Source of the DNA: Lama guanicoe
Lineage: Eukaryota
Length of the DNA stretch: 64,000 bases
Reading direction: 5' to 3'
Assembly (NCBI GenBank): GCA_013239625.1
Contig: MU054391.1
Coordinates: forward strand, 2,881,130-2,945,129
Part shown: positions 1 to 11,375 of the stretch, piece by piece
Numbering within the stretch: position 1 is the first letter of the stretch
How the letters are laid out: every line of letters starts with the position of its first letter
Position numbers and translations under genes: made by a program
Notes under the pieces: model-generated
The model's input: the letters and a program-made list of their open reading frames with translations, nothing else
Told to the model about the DNA's origin: nothing
Databases searched by the model: none

Positions 1-3000
1 TCCCCAACCCTGGGTCCTCCCTCCTCCCACGGTCCCCGCCCCTCGCCTCTCTTCCCCCGCCCGTCCATCTTCCAAGAATGCCTTCGGCTGGGAACTCTTG
101 CTGCGGTGCCCTCCCACACCCACCCGAGGCTCCCTCATCATCCCAGGCAGCCAGTGGGCGCACCCCCGCCTCCTGCAGGGAGCCCTCCAGGCAGCGATCA
201 CACGTCCACACTCTCGAATTTCTAGAGCCTCCCACTGCTCCTGGCCCACCGAGGACTTTAATATTGATCACTGAGCAAATCAGCAAATGAACTGGGATCT
301 AGAACTTTCTACATTTGCCAGCCCTGCCCCATGGATAGCTCACTCGCATTTACTGACTCTTCATCTCCTCATCTGTGAAGCAGCGAACCATCAAAGATGT
401 GCTCATTTATAGCAGGGAGAGGGCAGTGTCCCTTCCCTACAAAATTGGTAAAGATGTTTTGAAACAGTAACAGTGTTTGCAAGAGCACAGGGCCTCGGGC
501 ACTTTGGCTCTGATGGTGAGCACGTTTGTTACAGAAACCGAGGGCAGTTGAAGGACACACACCTCATCCTGTACCCGACCCGTGCCCTCCCCTCAGACCC
601 CCCCCCCAGACACCCCCCCCCCCCCCACCTCTCGTCACACACACGGCAGGAGCATTTGCTACGGGAACACTGCTCCCAGGATTGTCTGTCTGCTGAACGA
701 CTGGAAACCAGCTACGTGAGCAGCAATAGCGGGCTGGAGAGTGAATTGCTCCGCCCTCCGGATGGAACACTCCACGGACAGGAGAGTGGTTCTGGAGTCA
801 AAGAGTAAGAGGGGTTTCCCCGTGCTCTGTTACATGTGGAAAAGCGACATGAAATTGATATGCCCTGTAGACTGCATTTTCTTTGGTTTAAAAATATTTA
901 TATACATAAGGGAAAAAAGATTGAAAGCTTGTGAAACCAAGATATGAACAATGGTTATCCCTGGGCAGTGAGATTATGGATACTTTTTTTGGCTTTTTCA
1001 ATTTTAATTTTGTTTTTCTGTATAGTCTAAATTCCATGGCTTATTTAGTAAAAGATAGAAAAAAATAAGCATTTTAAATGACTGCCATAGAAGGAGAAAA
1101 TATAATATCAATTAAACTCTATGGCCATGACCTTTCTTCCCACAACTGTTGTTTCTAAATACCATGAAGGAATGTAGATCCTCGAGCTATTTCTGGCTGG
1201 GGTACCGCTAGGCTGTGTGACTCTCCGTGGGAGGATGGGTGTGAGCGCCGTGGTATTTAGGAACCCAGATATCACTCATCTGCAACCGCCCCACCAGCAG
1301 AGACCACATTGCATTGCTACAAGAATTTCAAATATGACTTCTTTCTCATTGCTTGTGTATTGGGTTTCCAAAATGCCCAAGCACCGCGCTCCATGCAATC
1401 AAAGGGCCTCTTCCAAGAAATCCGACCCTCAAAAAAACTTTTTAAAAATCAGGAGTTAAAGGTCACATTAAGAAGAGAGGCTGTTCTACCTGTGGCAAAT
1501 AGAAGTTTAAAATACTTGTCCTATAAATTTAGAGACAAAATCCAAAACTAATGTTACAGTCACATTGTAACTAGTAACAGCCCTCCCTACAAGGACCAGG
1601 CAGGTGGCACTCAGACTTTCTACAGCCCGAGCTCGGGGACTGGGCCCCCCAACCCCCAATGGTGCACTGCCTGGCCTGCAACATCCCACTTGGCCTGACA
1701 CCAACTCTGTGAGCCCAAAATTAGCATCCCTGCTTTACTGACAAGGGAGCTAAGCCTCTGGATGAGTCCAAGGTCACATAAAGGAGGAATCGCGTTACGT
1801 CTCTCCAACTCCAAAACTATGCTCATTCTAAAGATGGGAAAAAATTAGAACATTCACAAGAGAAACGCACTTGATATTACTAGCAACAATTGCAGAATCC
1901 CTTTATCTAAGAGCCATCCCTTCCATACACAAAACTCAAGCCGTTGGAGAAGAGCTTTTTACATTAAATTGGACCACAGGAGGATGCCTGTGAGTGTGTG
2001 ACAGGGGAGACCTGAGCCAGGCAGCTGTGACGCGGCAACCTGGGCTGTCCCGGGGTGCTCACCCACAGCTGCTCACCCACACCGCCTGTTCCCCTCCCCT
2101 TGTTCTGGGCCCCACGCACATGGCCTCTCCTCTTTGAAGGTCTTCCTGGACCCTGCACCCACCAGCATAAATTATGTCTTCCTCTCCTTCCCTACAGGGT
2201 GCTCCAAATAGCCAGGACTTGCAGCAATATTGGGTATTCATCGCAACATCTTACAGAGGTCACTTACGTGGCATATGAATTGAAAAAAAAAATTATAGCA
2301 ACAGAACTCTTTAAGCACCTTCAAAAGTGTCATGAAATCAACAGAGTAAACCTCCTCCTTTGCTCTTCGGAAAATGTCCCAAGCCCTGGCTCAGAACCTG
2401 CATGTCTTCCATTGAAGGCAGCCTCCTTGGTCCCCACTTGCCCCCCTCACGTTCAGGGGAGCTGTGCTGCCGGGGGAGCCGTCAGCTCTCCATCTCCTGT
2501 GCAGGGCACCACGGCCCCAGGCAGCAGCAGTCACCCCAGAGCTGCACAGACTTCTGCTCAGATGAAAATAACGCAAACATCTGCTCGGGTTATGAGTCAC
2601 ATTTACGATAAGCTGGGGAGTAAGAAGATGTCACAGCCCTAGGCAACCCCCCGACACCGCCCTGCACACGGATGCTCCAAGGCTTCCTGTCTCTGGGGCA
2701 AGAACACAGCTTCCATGCGGAGTCAGGGAGCGGGTTTACGTGCCAGAGCCAGAGGAATTGGAGGCCGAGCTGTGAACACTGCCGAAGCTCTTCCCCTAAA
2801 AGGATCATTGTAGAGAAGACCAAGAAAGCCACAGATCAGAGCCCTCCTCGTGCGGAGAAGGACTCGGCTCTCCTGGCCCCACAGAGCTGCCGCTCAGGGG
2901 CCCCGGGGCTTCCCAGGGTGCGTGGACCGCCCTCGCCGCCTCCCGTTACTGTAAACATGTGACCACGCAATTGCAGCCTTCGGGGATCGAACTGGCCATT

Positions 3001-4724
3001 CTCTCTGACCGTGCTTTTTCCACTCCAAAGGGAGCCCTCCGTTCTTACACTTCTGAACCCATGGGATTCTTTGTGGTTTAAGGCAAGCAGCGGGCGCTCA
3101 GGAACACTGCCTTAAAATCGCTCCCTTCCCTTGTCCAAATCATTTCTCCCGACGGCATCATACACCACCGTGTAATTGTAGCCTGTTGGCCGCAAAACCA
3201 AAACCTGAGCTTTTCACAGACTGCAACTTTGTCTGGGAACGTCATTCTCCAAGGGAAAGCACTCTGTCAGCTGTGCAGCTCCTGATATAATCAGGAGCCC
3301 ACTTCATACTGTGATGTGAAATTCAAGTCATTCTTGCATCACTAAATCCCTTCTAAAGCTAAAAAAAATTCACGTGAATACACGGCTCCCTCTTTTCTCC
3401 CAGCTCCACGAATCACACCAGCGTCTCCTCAGTGGCCAGCACTCACAACCTCGGTGCTGTCTCACTGGTTCCTCTCCAGCACCTCCCACGGGGTCCTTGT
3501 CAAGGTCGGTGTGCTCCGTCCTTGTGTCTGTGGCCCCCTCCATGGGGGCAGGTGTTGGTCACCTGTCAACTAGGATATCATGGCGGCCTCCTATTTACCA
3601 GGCACCTCGCTCTGTCCTCCTCTCAAGATTTGATTTCATCCACTGACGCAATGGCTTCGACACCATCACACACCCCTTCAAGGCTCTCCAAGGCCCCAGA
3701 ATCTAATGCAGCCACCTGCCGGGACCAGATGGCTGCGGCTGGGGTCAGCAGTGCCCTCTCATCATGGAGAACCAGCCAGAGAAGGTGGGTGGGGTTTCAA
3801 GCCTGAGGGGAGGCAGTCAAGTGGCTTAAATCTGATGTAGGTTCAGAGACACAGACACAGATGGTAAAGGTATGTGTACGGGGGTACATAAAGATACAGG
3901 GATACAGACACAGATACAGCCTTTATTTTTAGGTACTAACGTTGCAGTTCCTCCCAAAAGATGTCAGACCTTAGGGGTTCCCTTCAGTGAACTGCAGGTC
4001 CTGAGATGACGGCTACCCGGGTTTTTATAAGTGTCTGCATCTGAGACTTGTGAGGCAATACTGTTTAAATATTTGTGCTAAAATCTTCACAGAGCATGCC
4101 TTCCTTCACAAATTTTATTCTAATTAATTAATTCTCTGTTTCTTATTTTGTAGAACATGTATATCGAAATACATCTTTTTTGCTATTTCATTTTGCCTTT
4201 TTCCTTGGTATTTAAACTGCCATTTTATTCCTATAACTGTTTTCTTCCGTTGTGCAATTTCTCAGATTGTCTTATGTTTGTATCTCTGTAATCTTAGCTC
4301 TCTAGGTTGTCTAGCAGACATGACTGTTTGGCTCTGTTTTTATTGCCATGATGTTTTATTATTTTATGTTACTTTATCGCCATTCTCCCTCTCTTTCTCA
4401 TGTTCTTAGCTAATCTCGTATTTTCATTTTATGATTTTTGAATAGGTAATAGTACACAATAGGTAATTAGTACCAAACCCAGAATGCGCAGAGTGGCGAG
4501 CAGGAAGTGAAAACCTGGCCTGTGTCCTGGTCTCCCAGCGACCAGGTTCCCCATTTCCTGCACTTCCTTCCGTGGGTAATTTTTGTACCTAGAAGCATGT
4601 GTGCATTACTAAAAACTCAAATTACAGAATAGACTCTACACTGTTCTGCATATTGGTTTCTCATCTAACAAAGTATGAACGTTCATAATCTTCCCTAACA
4701 GTACATTTACCGTGGTTTTATACA

Positions 4725-5400
4725 TTTTAAAAAATAGACTTTATTTTTAGAGCAGATTGAGGTTTAGAGAAAAATTGCACAGAAAGTAAAGAAAGTTCCT
4801 GAGAGCCCCACCGCCCCCGCACAGTTTTCCCTGTTATTAACACTGTCATTAAGCTCACACATTAGTGGAGTATGTTTATTACAATAGATGAACCCATATT
4901 GATATATTATTATTAATTAAAATCCATGGTTTATATGAGCATGTGCTCTTGGTTTTATGCACTCTGTGGATTTTGGCAAAGGAATGATGCCACGTGTCCG
5001 CCACCTCAGTATCACACAGGGGAGCTTCTCTGCCCCTGTTTATTCCCCCTCCCTCCTAACCCCTGGCAGCCCCTGATCTTTGATAATCTCGATTTTTTTC
5101 TATTTCAGAATGTCGTAGAGTTGGAATTAGTGGCTTCTTCACTTGGCAGTCTGCATTAGTTTTCCCCACGACCTTGTGTGGCTTGGTAGCCGTTTCCTTT
5201 CGTCACCGAGGACCACCCCGTGGCACAGAGGGCCACGGTGATTTATTCATGCAGCCGTTGGAGGGCGCCTTAGTTGCTGCTGACTTTTGGCAGGTATAAA
5301 TCAACATAAAGCATGCGATAAGCTTTCATACTCAGATTCTTGTGTGAACATAGAGATCCAACTCATTTGAGCCAATACCCAGAAGTGCTGAAGACGCGGC
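4725..5400 (-). mobile_element. Old L1 (L1MC-like) 3' end, antisense
   Basis: Begins atagactttatttttagagcag, the reverse complement of the L1MC-type terminus; homologous to 27900-28320. Confidence 0.75.
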
Positions 5401-5429
5401 GGCCCGGAGAGTGTGGGGTCAGGGCAGCT

Positions 5430-5874
5430 ACCCCGGGTGATACCATGATGGTGGATACGAGCCTCTGTCCAAACCCCCAGAACGTCCAACACAAAGGGTG
5501 GGTCTTAACACCCACTGCGGACTTTGGCCAATGGCGTGTGTTAATGCTGGTTCACCACTGGAACAAACGTATGACACTAAAGCCAGATGTAAATAGTAAG
5601 GGAAATTACGGTTTTTTTAATTTTATTTATGCATTGCATAACTTACTTATTTTTTATTTTGACTGGAGTCAGGGAGGTAAGTAGGCTTATTCGCTTCTAG
5701 AGGAGGCACTGGGGATGGAGCCCGGGACCTCGTGCAGGCGAAGCACGCGCTATACCACTGGGCCGGACTCTCCCCTCCTTCCCGGGAAACTATGCTTTGA
5801 GGAGAGACAGGAACTCTGTGCTGACTGCTCAGGTTTTCTATAAACTTAAAACTGATCTGAAAAATAAAGTCTAT
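5430..5874 (+). mobile_element. Old L1 (L1MC-like) 3' end, sense, interrupted by a SINE
   Basis: Ends aaaactgatctgaaaaataaagtctat; homologous to 28050-28320. Confidence 0.7.
5611..5783 (-). mobile_element. tRNA-Ala-derived SINE (camelid vic-1-like)
   Basis: Minus strand reads cagtggtatagcgcgtgcttcgcctgcacgaggtcccgggctccatccccagtgcctcc plus A-rich tail. Diverged TSD gggaaattacg 5600-5610 / gggaaactatg 5784-5794. Confidence 0.85.
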
Positions 5875-6064
5875 CAGTTCTGAGAAGGGGTATTTGGAGT
5901 TTGTATTTCAAGAGATTCAAATACGCTGTTCTTTTTCACATTTGGATGCCAGTAGCAGATTCCGTCCCTCCCCGTTGGTAGTGATGCACGAGCTAGATGC
6001 TTACGAAAAGACTCGGAATCAAGGGGAACTACAGGAACGTTGCTTTGAGGTGTCCCCTGCCTTT

Positions 6065-6426
6065 TTTCTCTTTTGAAGGGAATGTAGAGTGTGTTAATTT
6101 CGGATGTTCAGTACAGTGACTCATTTATCCATATACACATATTCTTTCCATATTCTTTTTCATTATAGGTCATTACAAGATATTGAATAGACTTCCCTGT
6201 GCTGCACAGTAGGACCTTGTTGTTTATCTATTTTATATACAGTAGTTAGTATTAGCTAATCCCAAACTCCCAATTTATCCTTCCACATCCCCCCCTTTCC
6301 CCTGGTAACCATAAATTTGTTTTCTATGTCTGTGAGTCTGTATCTGATTTTGTAAATAAGTTCGTTTGTGTCCTTTTCGCTTTTTTTTTTTTAAAGATTT
6401 TATATATAAATGATGTGATATGGTAT
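6065..6426 (-). mobile_element. L1 3' UTR fragment
   Basis: Reverse-complement homology to 7270-7600. Confidence 0.85.
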
Positions 6427-6479
6427 AAATTTCAGTGTCTTTGATCCAGTCCCTCCTGCTTCTTTTACTGTCATTTGAT

Positions 6480-6716
6480 CTAACAGCTGATAAAATTTTC
6501 CAGCATGTAGGGAAAGCCTGCTACGCACCACAGACTCTGCCAGGTGGTGTTTTTCTAATCCTTACAGGAATGCTTAGATTATATTGCCCCCATTTTGCAG
6601 ATTGAGAAACAGCCAAAGAGATGAAGGAACTTGCCCAGCTGCACAGCTAGTGGAGAGCAGTTCCAGAGATCAAGCCCAGCTCTGTTGATTACAAACCTAG
6701 ATTCTTTCCAATACCT
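6480..6716. mobile_element. MIR SINE
   Basis: Core cccattttgcagattgagaaacagcc...aaggaacttgcccagctgcacagctagt. Confidence 0.75.
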
Positions 6717-6795
6717 TTTACTAGCTTCTAAGGGCTAGACGCCTTTCACAATTTTTATCCTGAATGACTTCCTTGTGTTCTCAGCTAAGAAGCCA

Positions 6796-7626
6796 CCGAG
6801 GAATCTCCATACTGTTTTCCACAGTGGCTGCACCAAACTGCATTCCCACCAGCAGTGTAGGAGGGTTCCCTTTTCTCCACACCCTCTCCAGCATTTATCA
6901 GTCATGGACTTTTTAATGATGGCCATTCTGGCTGGTGTGAGGTGATACCTCATTGTGGTTTTGATTTGCATTTCTCTGATAATTAGTGTTACCATATGAT
7001 CCAGCAATCCCAATCCTGGGCATATATCCAGAGGGAACTTTAATTCAAAAATATACTTGCACCCCAGTGTTCATAGCAGCGCTATTTACAAGAGCCAAAA
7101 ACATGGAAACAACCTAAATGTCCATCAGCAGATGAATGGATAAAGAAGTTGTATAATTATACAATAGAATACTACGCAGCCATAAAAAATAATAAAACAA
7201 TGTCATTTACGACAACATGGATGGACCTGGAAATTGTCATTCTAAGTGAAATAAGCCAGAAAGAGAAAGAAAAATACCATATGATATCACTCATATGTGG
7301 AATCTAAAAAAAAGACAAATGAACTTATTTACAAACAGAAACAGAATCGCAAACATAGAAAACAAACTTGTGGTTACCAGGGAGGAAAGGAGTGGGAAGG
7401 GATAAACTGGGGGGTTGGGATTTGCAGATACTGACTACTGTGTAAGAAATAGACAAATAACAAGTTTCTTCTATACAGCACAGGGAACTCTATTTAGTAT
7501 CTTATAGTAACTTATTGTGAAAAAAGAATATGAAAATGAATATATGTGTGTCCATGTATGACTGAAGTGCTGTGCTGTACACCAGAAATTGACACAGCAT
7601 TGTAAACTGACTCTACCTCAGTGAAC
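6796..7626 (+). mobile_element. 5'-inverted L1 (LINE-1) 3' end with TSD
   Basis: 6798-6988 is ORF2 C-terminus on the minus strand ([17 protein letters not shown]...[18 protein letters not shown]). 6989-7626 is sense ORF2 end plus 3' UTR. AAGAAGCCA occurs at 6787-6795 and 7627-7635. Confidence 0.92.
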
Positions 7627-9802
7627 AAGAAGCCATTGGGCAAATAAATATGAAAAAGACCAGACTCTAGCATTTCTTGTTTGTAAATTCTTAGAAACTA
7701 GAAAGCAAATTTCTTTCCTCCTAATTATGAGAAACCCAGAAATACTAAGATTGGAGTCCAATTTCCTTGACGCCATATTTGTTGTTTTTCCTTGGAGTAG
7801 TGCCCTCCCCTCAGGGACACGGCTCACCGCACACTCCTCACTCATCTTTCAGATTTCCCATCCGCCACCCAGCTGGGTTTTAACTTTCATCTGGGTCCAC
7901 ACTTAGAAATAATATTTCACATCCCCCTTCAGCAGCCACCTCTCCTGAAATAAAAGAAAAATTAAAAGGATTGGAAGACCACTCCCTGGAAACTGTCAAT
8001 TCCCACTGAACTATTAGCACGGCCTCCTAGGTCGCGTTAGAGTCAATTGTGCAGGAGAAGAAAACTTATTCAACAACATTATTTAATGGCGTTTTGATGT
8101 GTGATTTGCTGGGCACGATGATGAATGTGAAGGCTGAGGAACAGAGTGGGGTGGAAGGCAGTCCTGTGATGTTTACTTCCCAGGCTTAAAGCAGCTCCGT
8201 GCTGACAAACGGTCTGCCTTGACATCGGAATCCAACTGGAGCCTGGAATTACTGTAACTGTTTTCGGCTTTGGGTGATTTAATCAGCAAATCTTCGATCG
8301 TGTGCTGCGCGTGTACTGAACGGGTTCCAGACTGAACGGTCTGATTGACGCCTGCCGCTTCCAGACAACCACTCGCGGCACACACGCCAGCGCTGTGTGC
8401 CTGCATCTTTACAACGCTGGTACCCGCGCTCCCGTGTCAGAGCCATCGAGGTCTCTACCTTCTACCGTTAAACCCAAAGAGGCAGACGCAGGAGACTGTT
8501 CAAATGAGACGGTTTTTCTTTTGTTTTGTTTTGTTTTATGAGTTCTTTGAAGAAATCTGCGCATCATTGACTCACTTATTTATCAAATAAGCCTGTGCAG
8601 GGCCCAGAGAAGAAAAGGCAGGAGGCCAGGGAAACAGAGAAAGAAGACGCAGCTCCTACAAGCGTGGGGTAAAATGGGCAGCTTCTGTTAAGTGACTGAA
8701 CGCAGTCTAAAGGAGGGCTGCCCCAAAGCACGCGCGCCCCCAGGCCCCGGGAGCGTGGGTTTCTCACGGCTGCGTGGTGGTGCTGGCGTTGAGAGTATTC
8801 GCTGGTATAAAAATTATGATCGCTGTGCTTCATACCCACGACTCCCGGTCTCTGCTTCTAACCCCGTTGCAGCGCGAATGCCCTGGGTGCCCAGCGTCCT
8901 AGAAGAAGGTATCAGCAGAGTTCTGGGGAGGAAACTTGACTTCGAGATCGAAAAGTCTGTGACTTAGGGCACAGGAGATGCCAGGCAGAATGTTGAAGGA
9001 CATGGGGGGTTAAGGGGAACTTTCCCTTTCCTGCCGACCACCACCCCACCCTCGTCGTTATGAAGATTCTCCAAACTCTTAGGAAGAAAAGAGAAGAGTT
9101 GAGGGTGGAGTTGCAGATGGTGGAGGGTCCAGTTCCCCGATTCCTAGCAAGAACCCAAAAGAGTCAGGAAAAGTGAGACAGGCCACAGTGCAGCAGTGGA
9201 TCTGGGGAGACGGGGCTTTGCACAGTGTGGACGAGAAGCTGCTGCCCCAGTGTGGCACGTGGAGGCAGGAGGACCCCGCCGTGACGCCCAGCCGTGGGGC
9301 AGTGACTGGCCTGAAAGGCAAGGTGAGGCCCAGGGACACCTCAGCGAAACGCCGTGACTGGCTCCCCTCGGGCCCCCAGCGGGGCAGGGACGTGTCAGCA
9401 GGTAAGACTGAGCACAGGTGACTTCAGAAGCAGAGGCACCCCCTGAAAAGTCTTACAGTACATGCCCTCAGACGCTTACCTCATCGCCGGGATGGAACTG
9501 TCCCTAAATACCCAAGAGTTAGTCTCTGCCAACTTGGTTGATGGGAGACTCAAAGCAGAAACTAAGCTGAATTATAGAAAAACAAAAAGGAAACTATTCC
9601 TGCAACCTCTGAGCTATGGACTGAGATGTATAGCTAACGTACCAGATTGGAAAATTCTAAGGAATTCAAAAGATTTAAAGTGTAAGGCCTTTCTCTATCC
9701 CCAAGTTTAAAAAATGATGTACTTTAAAAGCTCATAAATGCTTTCATAAAAGATGTTATGGGTCCCATCATGCCTTGGAATAGCTCACAAAAGGTTAAGA
9801 CA

Positions 9803-9976
9803 TGATGGAAACAATGCTGGATAGGGTTACGCCGTCTGCGACAGAGAGGCCATCCTGAGAACCGCTCGGCTTTGCAGGCACAGGCGATGTGATGGAAACA
9901 ATGCTGGATAGGGTTACGCCGTCTGCGACAGAGAGGCCATCCTGAGAACCGCTCGGCTTTGCAGGCACAGGCGATG
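9803..9976. repeat. Perfect 87-bp direct tandem duplication
   Basis: 9803-9889 is identical to 9890-9976 (tgatggaaacaatgctgg...gcacaggcgatg). Confidence 0.97.
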
Positions 9977-10964
9977 TGGGGGAGGCCCTGGGGCGGGGAG
10001 ACGGCCCCTTCCCTGCCCGGCTGTGTCACTTATGTAAGTCGTCAGCTACCTTGGCCTTGTGTTTCCGCATCTGTCCGTGGGAAAAACGCCATCGGATTGG
10101 CTCCATCTGTGCTCTGGGATGTTGGCGACGGTCACATGAGAGCAGGTTTTTAAAGCATATTGTACAGAGCGTGATTCCTCATTACAGAGGGGGTCCAGAA
10201 GATTCTACTTCATTTATCATTTTAATTATGTAGGGATTTTTTCCCCCTAATGACCCCTGGTAAGAAGCAGGTTCAAGACCTTTCTTCAAACTGCATTTCA
10301 AAGACTTCTTGGTCAACCAACGTTCCTCATCTTTTGAAAGCAGCTCCTCAGCCCCTGTAGTGACTTGAGCCGAGCTCCCTGCCTCCTGCTGCCTGTCCTG
10401 ACCCCTCCCTGCATTCCTTCCTTCCTTTCTCTCTCACGTACTGGGCGACCCACTACAGTGAGTGAGGCGGGTGAGACAGTGATGATGTTCACCGGGTTCA
10501 GTCTATCCACGAAGGAGACGCACAGTGAGTGTAACACACAGGTGACCGTCCTACGATAGGGCCGTATGAATAGATTCAATAATATACTCGCACGTGTGTA
10601 TGCGGGGTTTTATGCATATGGTCCATATAGTATATGGACATAGATGCATGCGTGTTCGCGCGTGTGCACGTTCGTGCGCACACACACACAGGGTAGGAGG
10701 GGAACTGAGAGGGATTAGTAAACGCTCCTTCGGTGGGTGGCATCAGAATCCTTCCCAGAAGAGAGAATAGTTCGCCATCAAAACCTCGGCAGCTGCTTTT
10801 CTGTCTCCACGTGGAGCAAGACGCAAGAGAAGGCAGGGAGGAGGTCCGTCAGGGGAACGGGGGGTGTCTCCGCCAGCAGCTGCCGAGATGAAGTTGGGGT
10901 GCAGGAGGCTTATTAGCCATCAACACCCAAGAATAAAAAGGAGGGAGCAGGACTTGGCGGATGG

Positions 10965-11375
10965 AGCAGGTGGCCAGCCAGGAGGGCAGACAAGGAAAAC
11001 GTGAGCCCCGGAACACATACAGATATGAGAGAGAGAGGCTGGCTAGTGTGATTGTGAGGCGGGCAAGGCTGAAACCTGCCAGGCAGGCGGGCAGGCAGGA
11101 GACCCCGGGAAGGGCGATGCTGCAGCTTGAGCCCAGAGCCCACGGTGACGCAGACCCCCCTTCCTCGAGGGACCTCAGTCTTTCTTACCCAATGGCCTTC
11201 AACTGGTTGGATGAGCCCCACCCCACATTTGGGGAGGGTCACCTGCTTTACTCAGAGTCTACGGATTTAAATTCTAATCTTGCCCAGAAAACACTTTCAT
11301 GTCTAGACTAGTGCTTCACCCAGCACCCGGGCACCCTGGTTCAGCCGAGGTGACCCAGGAATGAAACACTCCACC
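10965..11375 (-). mobile_element. MLT2-type (ERVL) solo LTR
   Basis: ggccttcaactggttggatgagccccacc...tgctttactcagagtctacggatttaaattctaatct; homologous to 48960-49381. Confidence 0.75.

Noticed and set aside
5700..5775. tRNA-like sequence (also 25790, 29670, 57335)
   Set aside because: These are SINE heads with A-rich tails, TSDs and degenerate stems, not tRNA genes
9724..10029. ORF with a repeated Cys/His-rich 29-aa unit; repeat superficially CRISPR-like
   Set aside because: Results from the 87-bp duplication being a multiple of 3. Only two adjacent copies, no spacers, eukaryotic DNA.
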